Source: the human T2T-CHM13v2.0 reference genome, Homo sapiens
Direction: 5' to 3' (one strand)
NCBI RefSeq assembly: GCF_009914755.1
Contig: NC_060927.1
DNA: 64,000 nucleotides
This document shows, piece after piece, positions 1 through 13,422 of this stretch. A program made the position numbers and the translations under genes. The notes below the pieces were generated by a model, which was not told the DNA's origin, made no database searches, and worked only from the letters and a program-made list of their open reading frames with translations. Position 1 is the first letter of the stretch, and each line of letters begins with the position of its first letter.

Positions 1-169
1 TAAGAGTTTTTTTCTAAATTTTTTGTTACCTCATCACCATCTAAATGAATCTTTCCTTACTGATTTGGAATGCCACGTTTATAATATGCTAAGTACTTCT
101 GTAAATTCAGAGTTTGTTTCAGGGCTTTCTTTCCTGTCCCATAGGCCTTTCCATTTGTTACAATAACAA

Positions 170-1090
<921 letters not shown>

Positions 1091-1336
1091 TATTTCCCGG
1101 GGAGCCCATGGTAAAAATACAGTCTCTCTTAAAGTAAGTTTAATCTGGTGTTAATCTTTAAGGCTTCAACTGAAAAATATAAATGGTGTGTTATGATCAA
1201 AAATAGAGTGTGTATGTTTCTACTGAAACTTCAGAAACATAAACTTAGTATGACATCTGCACTTCAGATAAAGTTATTTTAAATCACGTTTGAGAATATA
1301 TATTAATACAGTAATTCTGTTCATTTTAAATGCTAG

Positions 1337-1429
1337 GCAATATAGCGTTGGATTTGAGGTTGTAACAGTTTCTACTCTAGGAGATCCTGGTCCCCATGGC
1401 TTTCTGAGGAAATCTAGTGGTGACTATAG
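1337..1429 (+). CDS. CAPN7: Calpain-7 penultimate coding exon (QYSVGFEVVTVSTLGDPGPHGFLRKSSGDY)
   Basis: tag| acceptor 1335-1336, |gtaatg donor 1430; open frame joins next exon in phase (AG+G=Arg). Confidence 0.9.
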
Positions 1430-1521
1430 GTAATGTTGGCATTTTTATTGTATCTATTTTATACTTTACTTTTTGTGGCATCATCTTCTATAAACCTTAT
1501 TCTCATTTTCTCTAAATATAG

Positions 1522-1666
1522 GTGTGGGTTTTGCTACCTGGAATTAGAAAATATACCTTCTGGGATCTTCAATATCATTCCTAGTACCTTTTTGCCTAAA
1601 CAAGAAGGACCTTTTTTCTTGGACTTTAATAGTATTATCCCCATCAAGATCACACAACTTCAGTGA
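1522..1666 (+). CDS. CAPN7: Calpain-7 last coding exon (CGFCYLELENIPSGIFNIIPSTFLPKQEGPFFLDFNSIIPIKITQLQ*)
   Basis: Acceptor AG 1520-1521 after a 92-nt intron; calpain domain III-type IIPSTF motif; TGA 1664-1666; recognised C-terminus. Confidence 0.93.
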
Positions 1667-3325
1667 TGGAGAAATCTCAAGTTACTGGCTTTTATACTTA
1701 CCAAACATCAGTTCTTCAAATAAGGACGCAAATCTTCAGGACAGTAAGCAGAACAATCAGAATGGAATTAAATCTCTAAAAACGTGTTACAGTGGAATCT
1801 GGTGCTTGTCAGGGTGTTTGGTAAGAACTGTATATAGTCAGAATTACCTAAATCACCTAGAGGTACCGTTTACATGGTTTTGTGTATATAGAGTTGGCTT
1901 GCATTTTAGGGGCCATTTTGTATAAAAAGTGCATATGATTAAAATTAGACTCAGTCATCACTGTGAGATGCCTTTGCTAAGAGGATAAAGGAACTGAGAC
2001 CAGATGAGAAAAAGAAAGGATATAGATTCCTTGAGTGGAATAGTGGGCTAGATTAATATACCGAAATATTTCCATTGTTTCCCTTTTTTGCAGAGCATGT
2101 GGAAGTTAAACCTGCTTGATTCTACTATACATCTTGGGCAACTAGTTACCAAATGAATTGTGCCACCATAACTGATTTTAATTTTGCATTATTTATGATT
2201 TTAAAATATTTGTTGCCCAGGTGTTATGAAAGAATAAAGCTTTTAAGTATAGACTACCTTAGCATGAAGATGCTCATGCCTAAGAATGAAAATTGTTGAG
2301 GTTATCTCCCATTCAATCATGTAGCAAGAACTTAAAGAAATTCACTACTGCAGTTTTTATTTTTAAAAAACAGTAATTGAGATATTGAAGACATTACAAT
2401 TTAGTTTGTGTGGTCTTTTTTTAAATTGCTGTATCGTTCAGTCTCTTGTGGCAATAGCACTTTGAAGAAAATAGAGAATTTAATATATGGTGATTGGGAT
2501 ATGTAGCATTCAAAAAAAGTGAATTGCCAAGATACTGGTGTCATGTAAATTCCCACTTTACATAAAAACCCATCAGGACAGAATGATGCTCAATATTTTA
2601 AAATTCTAAAAATAGGGTGGGATTTTTCATTGTCTCTACTTTATAATTATCAAAACTTATTTTGTATTGCTACTACCTTAAATTGAAATAAAATGTTTAT
2701 ACTTACGGATATTGCATAGTTTAAGTTAGATTTATTGAAAGATTTCATCTGTCGTGTTTCATGTAAATGAGAACAGATTATTTGCATGAAAATATATACT
2801 TCAACAAAAATCTGTTCTTTAACAGAGTAGTGGTAGATTATTACACTAATGAGATTTCACTTTGGTAAATACTTCATGCTTTCAGTTTTAGCCTATTAAT
2901 TTTAGGTGGACAAATTTAACAAGTTTTCTGTTACTTTTTAAAAAGAAAAAATCCAGAACATAAGAACTATATTATGAACACATGATTTGAACCTGTTGTG
3001 GTAAAGATCTTGTACAGGATGCAAACTAAAAACCTAATCCCTGCCATCAAATTTATTAGAAGAGACCTATATATGAACAACTTAAAGGCACTGATTTCTA
3101 TAATAGAGCTCTAAAAACATGCCACCAGTGTATGAATAAGGGAAAGATTAATTTTGGCTGGACCAATATAAAAAATTGTATTTGAAGAATTGATACTTTA
3201 ACTTGGACCTTGAAGGTAAAGCTTCAAAAGACAGGTTACTGACCATTGAGTGTTTACTATGTACCCAATGTGTATATTTTTCTTTTTAATCTTCCCAATA
3301 GCTGAATAAAGTATAGATACTATTA
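1667..3325 (+). other. CAPN7: CAPN7 3' UTR with candidate poly(A) signals AATAAA at 2233, 2687 and 3305
   Basis: AU-rich, repeat-free sequence after the stop; the end is inferred from the hexamers. Confidence 0.7.
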
Positions 3326-4410
3326 TTTGTACTTCTTACAATTGAGGAAATAAGCCTAAGAGATTAAAAGATTTTGCCCAGGGTTCACAAGCCTTCTTCC
3401 CTGAGCCCTGATTGAGCTGCTGTGTGTGTCTAATGGCACCCACAGTCACGGCCGTCTAGTCGAGGGAGGGACAAGATCTAGACCCATTGTAGAGGGAGGA
3501 AAAACAATCCAGGCCTTTTGGAGGTTCTAAATAACAGACAGACCAGTTGAATTGTTAGAGAGGATGACTCAAGTTTCTAATTCAGCACATGGACAGATGC
3601 TCATAGCTTCAGTGAAAGGTAAGTTTTGACACATTAAATTGCCCAGAAAATCCAGATCTGGAATCAACGTGGTATAGTAAGTGAGATCACCCAAAAAGTC
3701 AAGAGTCACGTGAACTAAAGATGGTTAAGAACTGATTTGGGGGAAGTTTTTTAGAAAGTATTTCTAATTTAGAAAAAAATACATAGACTAACAGGAGATA
3801 CAAGAAAACGAGGGTTGGGGGAGGATTAAGAAGCCCAGTGAACAGAATTCCCAGAAGAGTATAATTAAATGTCAGATGTGGTGGAGATAAAGAGGCCACA
3901 GTGACAGCAGTAGGGGCAGACTACGTAAAACTAGAAATTTGACTAGGTGATAGTGTGAGAAGGGAGCCCTGGTCAAAAGGTGGTCTGCATCCTTTTCTGG
4001 TGTAGGAGACAAGCAAGTGGTAGGCTGATGGGAAAGGGGGATTGAGGCAGGAAACAAGAGAAATTCTTAATGCCCATAAGGAATACTCTAGTGCTACTGA
4101 CTGACTGCCTAGGCTTTGTCTTTTGTAAAGACAAGGGAAAGAAAGCCCCAGTGTTAGAAAACTCCTTCCCACTTTCATTCTCTGCGAGAAGTACCTAGAA
4201 ATTTCTAGTTATTAGACTGTATAACTTGACTCTGCTGTAAAAACTTTATCCTAGCTTGGGCTATTTTCCAGATGGTGTTTCTTCTAGGAGGAAAAAGAAT
4301 TGCCTCAATTGCAGGGAAGTTTTTGCTAATGGTAAGTCAAGCAAGTCTCAGTGTCTTTACTACAGGTAAAAGGGTGTAAGGAGATTTTATGAGAACTGAA
4401 TGAACCCTGA

Positions 4411-4620
<210 letters not shown>

Positions 4621-5254
4621 TAATGTTCTTAAATAGCACAAGGGACTTCTATGAACTTTCCTAGATGAAATATTTATTAACTACTAGGTAAAACACTTGT
4701 TTGATACTGCAAAGGGTTATTTCTGAAACTTAAACCTCATGATTGGCCAACCAAGAACTTTTTCTCCACAGCATGCTTTAATAATGAAATGCGGATTAAG
4801 AGTCCAATATTATAAAACATTTCCACAAAAGAAAGAATCCATCTGATTCTCAACTCTGAATGCACATTTGAATTCCCTCGGGGAGCTTTTAAAAGTCTAA
4901 TGCCCCAGTGTACCCCCCCCAGTTAATTAATTAAATAATTCTCTGGGGATGAGAACTGACTGACAGCAACACTTAAGCTTCGAGACTGCAGTGTGCAGCC
5001 GAGGCCCACTCCTCCAGCGTCACCACCTCGTCTTTATCTGCCACTGTGTCTCCTCATTGCCCACAGCTTTAGCAACAGCAAAAGTAGAATTCAAACCTTG
5101 GTAAACAAGGCTTAAATTATTACTGTTCATGACCTTAATTAATTGAAAATGATTACTGGTGACCACAGCACTCCATGCTCTTCCTTATGGAAAAAGGGTT
5201 GCCTAGAAGATTTAGGCAATACTGGGAGTTCTTATTTGAAGTCACAGAAAGGAG

Positions 5255-6491
5255 AAACTTTTCTCAAGCCGTTTTTATTACACTTAGTGTATTAAGACAA
5301 GTACAAAATAACCTTGTAATTAAGATACTGTATCAGTCAAAAAAGAAGTCACTATTGTATGAAGAGATTTACAAATGACTAAAATATACAGGCTGTGACA
5401 GAATTAACAGTTTGAAAGAGGGTTGCTTTTTTCTTTTAGAAATGCTAAATTTTCTTAACAAGACAAAAATACAGTGCTCTAAATATGCATTACCATGAAA
5501 ACGTTAAAGAAAAGCAGTCTTAACACTTAACTACTATTAACAGCCTTTGCCAACACATGCCTGCCTACTCCCTTTCCTAACTTTAAAGAACTGTTTCCTC
5601 TAAGGAATACTAGTGCAGCATAACCCTTAAATAATTTCATTTATTTTTAAAGTTACAACCTACAGAGAAATTAACATCTTGTCAATCTAATAACAGTGGC
5701 AACCATTCTTCACATGCACTTCTCTTAGAATAAATCCCCTTGGCTGGCAGGATAAGGCTTATGCTGTAGAACCTTCTCCCCCACAGCCACAAATCCCCTT
5801 CTATAAGTCCCTCCTACCCTCATCCCCCCGCATCCCCACTGGCATTCACCTTTCCCACCCCAAAAAGTGCAGCTCATGGTAGCCTTCTAGAAAATGGTTT
5901 TAATGGGTATCCCAGCATACACGCTTTTTTAAAAGCCCCCTCTGAACACCAGAGGTGGTGAAAATGAATTGTGTTCTTGGATTTTTTTTTTTTTAAGCCT
6001 CCACTGGGTCAAAAATATGTGCTCTTAATACTTGAGTTTTTGCTTTGTGTGTGGGTTTTCTTTCTTTTTCATTTAGATATCGTGGGATAAAGTGGAGAGG
6101 ACATCTCCATTTTCCCATACAAACTGAGGGTGAGAAGAGAAAGAGAAGCAAGCTGTTGCCCCCACTTTGGCCTGGCTTCCCAGCCATCTTCCCAGCTCTG
6201 GTTCTTTCATAGGAACTAGTTATTGCTTCCACAATGCCGTTATACGGAATGTTCCACAAAGGCTGTGAACCTAGTCACAGTCTACCCACAACAAGAACTC
6301 TGCTCTGAAAAACCAGCCCAAGAGCTCTTACCCAGAAGAACAATCTTTAGCCCTCAAGGTCACTGAAACTTCATTAGAGCAGTTTAGAGTAGACGTGTAA
6401 GATTTGGCATATATTAAATGATTATTGGCACAATGTTCTCCAGTTCCATGTATAAATGTTGATATGCACATCGGCCAGGGCCCAGGATGAA
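5255..6491 (-). other. SH3BP5: SH3BP5 3' UTR
   Basis: Downstream of stop on the - strand; AATAAA (+ strand tttatt) at 5274-5279. Confidence 0.75.
5274..5279 (-). terminator. Candidate SH3BP5 poly(A) signal
   Basis: AATAAA on the - strand about 1.2 kb after the stop. Confidence 0.65.
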
Positions 6492-6709
6492 TCAGCCAAT
6501 CTGCACCATTTTTATGTCAGCAATAATTCCATCTCTTCCCTTTGAGCACTGTAGGGAGAGCTGCTTCATCCGGTTCTCCAAGGCCTGGCCCTCAGGGGAG
6601 GTGCTGCTTTGGCTCTTACTGCTGCCACCACTGCCACTGCTACTGCTGAGGCCCCGGTTGTTGTTGGCTTTGTCACTTGTTTTATTCTCTGCCCCTTCTG
6701 CCCTGTCTC
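6492..6709 (-). CDS. SH3BP5: SH3BP5 last coding exon (GDRAEGAENK...RMKQLSLQC...KMVQIG*), contains JNK-docking motif KIM2
   Basis: Acceptor AG 6711-6710, phase 1, TGA 6494-6492; recognised C-terminus. Confidence 0.93.
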
Positions 6710-6807
6710 CTATAGAAATACAAGGATTATCAAAAGTGAGTATTGACAATTCTGCCCTGTCTCCTATAGAAATACAAAGATTATCAAAAGTGAGTATTGA
6801 CAATTCT
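6696..6807. repeat. 54-bp tandem duplication (2 copies + 4-bp TTCT) spanning the intron/last-exon boundary
   Basis: 6696-6749 and 6750-6803 are identical except g6724/a6778. Confidence 0.98.
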
Positions 6808-7258
6808 AAGTCACTTGAGCTCAAACCAGTCAGCTAACTCAGCCCTGTAGAAGTCCCACTGTTACCTACCGTGCCTATCAGAGAGGTTCTCAGTACATAA
6901 TCATTTACTGCTTTTATTCCTTGTGATGTTTTATATATTCCTTAGCTATAGAGATGAAATTTGCCATATTCACTTTATTGCTGAGAAACAAACCTCTCTA
7001 CTATGTGCTTGCCAAGGAGACTGTTCTGATGTGAGACATAGGACCTAAGCTCTACTTTATAGAAGCTGAGTGGAGCCAGGAGCCCCCCCAGAACAGCACT
7101 TGGAAACAACCTCAGTGATCAATACTGACAGCACAACCACAGAGACCTGGTAATGCAGCATGGGGGCCCTGAGACCTGGCAGAGGTATGGAATGGCACAA
7201 CAGTCAGGCTACAGAGGCAGTGTGGCATCTGGGACGGGGTGAGAAGGCTGCTACTCAC

Positions 7259-7519
7259 CTCGTTCTACTTCACATTCAGGGGAGGAGGCCCCGCTGCATT
7301 CACTTCGAGGGCCCAACACTGGGAACATCATCCCAAACTCTGACAGGGACACAGGGCTGGGCAGATCCAGGCTGCCAGGCCTCACAACCGCAGGGAACTG
7401 GTCAGGCATCTCAGACGGGCTTGTTGGTCCTGAACTAAAGCTGGACACGGACTGGGTTTCCGAGTCATCTTCAGACACAAAGTTGCTACAGCTGTCATCT
7501 TCAAAGGCCTCCGAGGCCA
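7259..7519 (-). CDS. SH3BP5: SH3BP5 exon (VASEAFEDD...VVRPGSLDLP...CEVER), contains KIM1
   Basis: ttag| acceptor, G|GTGAGT donor, 261 nt, phase 1/1. Confidence 0.95.
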
Positions 7520-9236
7520 CTAAGTTGAGAGAGAACACCAGTCACATGGGTTCTGTCACCTCCTCAAACACCACAAGTGCTTGCTGCTGGCAGGCAGCTA
7601 GACACAGCATGGGGGACTAAAGAGTCTCTACCTCTGTGAGTGCCTAATGAAGGAATGTGACTTCCCAAGCCTGAATGACCAGCCTCTAAAGCAGCTGGAA
7701 GGGAAGCAGCTGGCAGCAGGATCCCATGGATATTAAGCGCCCTTCCAATAACCTTATAACCCTGCCAAGAAATCAGTGTCACCAGACACCACCTAAAAAT
7801 GGAAGATTAATTCAGCCACAAATTAGGACCTTTACTCCACCTCAGTCCCCCAAATACATCCTCATGTGCACAGGAAGAGGTTCTAGTCCTCTGTAACATA
7901 TCCCAAACAAAGCCAGCTGGACTCAGGCTTCTTTCTTAGGGCAATAGAAGCAAGAGCTGCTAGAAGAAACAGGCCAGCATGGAACATCTGTTGGGACCTT
8001 TGTTATCTCCAGGTAACTTCTGATCTCATAAAGAACACACTCAAAGGCTACCCACATCACCATTTGCTGCAAAAGAACAGAAATCCTTTACAATGCTCTG
8101 TAGCCACATTATTTGGTAGACCAAAGTAACAAGGCCCAGACACATGTTATTCCCATGGTTTCAAAGCCTCTTTGGCCTTTAGCGGTTTTCCCTCAGCCTG
8201 CCCACAATCCCACTCCTTATTAGAACTTTCCTACTCCATTTTTCCCCCCCTTTCTCTTTAAAAACAGCCTTGTAGCATTCCATAAAGGTTTCTTATAAAT
8301 GATAAATACTGTAATGTTGGGGACAGAAAATGGGCTCAGACCTGAATTGAATCCCTAACTCCACTACTTGCTGTGTGACCTTGGTCAAGTTACTTTACCT
8401 CTGTAAGCTTCATGATCCTCTCCATGCAGGGTTTGAGATGATGTATATATTAAAGTACCTCATACATAGTAGTTGTTCAAATGATAGTTTCCTTTTCCTT
8501 TACCTTGAACCTAGTACTTAAATATTTGTTGAAGGAATTAACTCCTGAGGAAGGAGCTTGGGAAAGAGCCGACAGGGATTATTGCACAGGTAAGGAAAAG
8601 AAAGGAAGTATGCAAAGACAGCGTTGGGTGGGTTTTCTTGATGAGCATGACAGAAACCAAGTCAAACTTCTATCAGTTTTCCAGGGGGAGGCCCTGGGAA
8701 AAGAGGTCTCTATGGTCAGATGTCAGTAAGAGCCACCATTTGCTGAGTGCTTCTTGGGTGTCAGGGGTTGATTCATGTAAGCTGAACCACCACCCTACAC
8801 AACGGATAGTATACAGTAGATAGCGTCATACTCCCCATTTTACAGGTGAAGAAACTGAAATACAAAGTTAGGCCCTTGCCCACATCATGCCTTAGTAATG
8901 ATGTAAAGGTAGCTTTGAATCAAATCTGATTACAGCTCTTCTTTCCTGCAGGACTTCTCAGCCTTGAATGTTCAAATGTATACTTTGACTCTCAAAGAGG
9001 AGTGAAGGTGTAACATTTTCCCAATTTATTTGACCACAGAATCCTGACTTTGAGGAACACTTAGTACCTTCTTAATGAACACAGTGTTCCATAAAACATG
9101 GGAACCCACCAGAAATAGCCCTCAGGCCTGCCCAACTCTGAGACCTTTCACTGATGGCCAGAGAAAGTGAGGACCTTGGGAAACAAATCACACAGTCTGA
9201 TATCTCCCCACATACCCAGTGGAGCCCCTGACTTAC

Positions 9237-9456
9237 CAGAAATGGCATCAGGCTCAGGTTTGCTCCCTGGCAGATCCTCCACAGATGTGCTGCTGCCCTC
9301 AGCACCAACACCGCATCCCCGAGGCCCCATGGCACTGGAGCGCCGCCGCTCGTGGATCTCATCTGAGATCATCTCCAGGTTCTTCAGGGCCATCTTGTAC
9401 TCGCCTTTTGCCAGGGTCAGTTTGGCCTGCAGGTCATCCACAGTCTTTTTCAGTTG
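9237..9456 (-). CDS. SH3BP5: SH3BP5 exon (QLKKTVDDLQ...PEPDAIS)
   Basis: cag| acceptor, G|GTAAGT donor, 220 nt, phase 0/1. Confidence 0.95.
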
Positions 9457-9770
9457 CTGATCAAGAGAACAGGAGACTAAGTGAAGACTACCCTGCTAGC
9501 CTTAAGATGCTTTCTGAATGACAGGTTCAAGTACATTTTCTGCCCATCATTCTACTTCAAGGAATTTTCCAAGACATGACTGAAGACCTAATTACCATTG
9601 TAACTGCTATTCATTCACCAGACAAAATCAGCCACCACCATCCCCAGATCCCATCCAGGTGACAACCTCTAATATCCAAAAACTCTCACTGGTGGAACAA
9701 ACCCCATCAGGGAAGCAAAAATGGGCATCAGACACACCAAAGTCCCACAGTCTAGACATCTGGTTCCCAG

Positions 9771-9950
9771 TACAGTGGTTCTCAAAGTTGAGCTTGCATC
9801 AAAATCCCCTTGGGTGTTAAGACTCAGCTCACTAGACTCCAACCTCAGAGTTTCTAATTCAGTCGGTCTAGAGTGGGACCTGGTCTATCAGGTCTCCAGG
9901 TGATGCTGATGCTGCTGGTCCTAAGAGCATGCTGTGAGAACCACTGGCCT
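9771..9950. mobile_element. MER5-type hAT-Charlie MITE
   Basis: cagtggttctca...tgagaaccactg terminal inverted repeats. Confidence 0.8.
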
Positions 9951-10166
9951 AGTACAACAGAGAAGGTGACTGAATGGCAGTTACAGAGGTTCAGAGACCA
10001 CTGAAGACCCAACCGAGACAATTTTGAGGTCTGAAAACTCAGTAAAGCCTGTCTCTCCACTTTCCCCTTATAGCAAGTGGCCCATGTGATACTCTGCTAC
10101 CCCAGAAAAGTGAAGCTTTGAGTGCAGAAAAATCTCATCAGTGACGAAGCCCAAAGCTACACATAC

Positions 10167-10209
10167 CTCGAGCTGCACATAGTACTTTGCCTTGAGTTCA
10201 AAATAAGGC
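10167..10209 (-). CDS. SH3BP5: SH3BP5 43-nt exon (PYFELKAKYYVQLE)
   Basis: cag| acceptor, GAG|GTATGT donor, phase 2/0 fits neighbours. Confidence 0.93.
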
Positions 10210-12564
10210 CTGCAGAAGACAGGAAGGAAAGCCATCAGAGTAATATAATACAGTGACCACAGTCAACTCCACAAGATGAACAAGAGGCATCAGCTACCAC
10301 TGGCCAGGTCGTCCTTCCAATATTTAGTAAACTCTTAACAAGGCCGTGACATGTCAGTGATGCTCCTAGCTCTGGAGACTGACAGACACCAGATGGAACG
10401 ACTGGGCTCACCCAGGGCTATATTAACAGGAGGCCCATCTCAAGACACGGGGAACCCACACACACATATCTTGGGGACTCTGCAACTTAGCTCATGTTCC
10501 TCCTCTGTGGGAAGGCTGTTCAGAGCCTCACAGGTTATACCCAGCAGTAAGGGTGGCCTGGATCTGCTCTCCTAATGAAGTTGGCTCCCCAGGGATGAAG
10601 AGCAGCTGAGGCTGGAGAAGGGGCTGCTTAAACCTCCTCCTCTACTGAAGTCAACTGGGGAAGAGAGAGAAGCACCACTCCTCCCTCACAGCACAGCAAG
10701 GCCACCACTAGGAGGGGGTCTCAGGTTGGTCCTCCCAAACCTTGTCCAAAGACTGGAGTTATTAGTTGGCTGACTCAGCCACATAATGGGCCCAAGAAAT
10801 GCCAGCGTCCTAGCAGTTCCCTTGGTTCTGGGTCAGCTGAAAGAGCTTGGCTCTTTTTTAGGAACTTTGGTGCCTGAACATTAAGAGTAGATCACTGCTT
10901 TATTCTTGAGCTGTTCACCCTCCATGAAGCTCTCAAGTCCTGCATCCTGAGGATCCAGATGGATGACAAGGACACAGGACTGCCATTGGTGGGTATGAAA
11001 ATCCTGAAATTTGGGGGGAGAGAGAGGTGTATAAGCTCTCTCGTGTGACCAAAAGGAGCACAAGGTGAAGAGTATGTGTGTGAATGGGCATCGGAGGGCA
11101 CAGGGAAGATGTCCCAGCAAAAGGAACATGAGCATCCATGCAAGGGAGTGTGGCTGGAGAGGCAGGGTGGGCATGGAGGTGGCCTGGAAGCCACTCTGTG
11201 GAATGCACAGATGTACATTTTAACCTTTGGGCAGACAGGAGCCACCCAAGACTACGATCTATCCCTGTACTCTTCTCGGAGTCTGAAAAGGTTGGCAAAG
11301 TACAATCACAAGATTTATTTTCTTAAACAGGTTAATGGATGAGTATGTGATGTGTGTGCAGTGTGAATTCGGGGTCTTTTGAGAAAAGACCCACCATATT
11401 CACACCAAAGGAAGCAGCATCAAAGGCTGCTCCTCGGCCTCCTTGGGTGTTGGCATGTGGATGATGCCTGGGCTTGCCCAGAGCAGGCACAGGTCCTACA
11501 ACAACCCTCGCCACCTCCTGCCTCCCCTGCAGAAAAATGCCATATACACGTCTACTACTTAGCTCTCAGGAGATCAGCCCCTGACACACCAAAAACCAAA
11601 CCAAAACAAAAATACACTAGTCAATTAAGTGCAATAGTAAATGGTTAAATGGTGTTCCTCTGCATGTATGTGTACATATGTATGTTGGAAGAGTGTGAGC
11701 AGAAACTAAAGAAAAGTCAAGCCTGGGTGAAGGTACTGGGGGGTAGTACAGAGCCTAGGAGGACCAAACTCTTCCTTGCAGATCCTCTTCCTCACTGAAT
11801 TGTCACCTTTCCCTCACTTGCATGAGGACTGGGCATCTGCCAAGCTTCCAACTGCCCAGCCCCTCCTGGCTGGGGCTGTGACCACACCTGGAGAACAGGC
11901 ATTCAGTAGCCCTGCACAGCCTGCTCTGGGTCTATCTTTGGCTGTTAAGTCTAGGTCATCATAAGTCCTCCTCCTTTTGCTAGGAGGCCTAGCAATTGGG
12001 AATGAAGCAGGGGGCTTGTCCCCAAGAGAGGGTACACAGTTGTGCCTGCCCACCATTATCAATGTTGTATAAAAATATACAGGGCTGTAGTGAGAAGAGA
12101 TTGGAGAAAAAAAAAAAAACTCTACTAAAGCCAGTCTTACAGCATTTTATCAGCTCTTGATCACAGGAAACATGTATTGTGAACACAACTCATCCCTATT
12201 ACACTGACAGATAAATTGAGGGATAGGGCCTTGACAACACTGTCAACCACAGATCCCAGAGTACAGCGTGAATTTACCAAATCCCAGCCAATGGGCCATT
12301 TAATAATGTGCCTTTGAAATTCCTTTTTCTGTGTTTCCTAACTTAGTCATATCTAGAGCAGCCCACCCCTTAGCATCCTCTGCTTCTGGGGGTCATAGAA
12401 TATTAGGGGGAAAGAGAGCCTGAGCAGGGGGGCTCTGGTGAGGCCCCAGGGTCTACATCAAAGGACTACTCAGGGTGGTCCTTGAGTGTGTGACATACAA
12501 AAGGCTGAGAAGATGCAGACTAGGACAGCCGCACGGCCCCAGGGAAGGCCCTGTCCAGACTTAC

Positions 12565-12695
12565 TTGGACTTGTTGATGGCTCTCTTGAGTTTCTTCTCC
12601 AGCTGTCGCATGCGGCCCATGGCGGCATTGTACCTGGCTGCCGTCTCCTTATGCACCAGCTCGCTCCTGGTCTTGGTCTGCTCCGCCTCCATGAC
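12565..12695 (-). CDS. SH3BP5: SH3BP5 exon (VMEAEQTKTRSELVHK...AINKS)
   Basis: aag| acceptor, AA|GTAAGT donor, 131 nt, phase 0/2. Confidence 0.95.
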
Positions 12696-12785
12696 CTTAA
12701 AATGACAGCAGAGTTCAGCCCAGTCCAGCCCAGAACAGCCCAGGCTTGGAATATTACTTATATTATTTTTCAAAAAATATTCTTT

Positions 12786-13422
<637 letters not shown>

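Noticed and set aside
9167-9521. + strand ORFs opposite an SH3BP5 exon
   Set aside because: Shadow ORFs of GC-rich coding sequence
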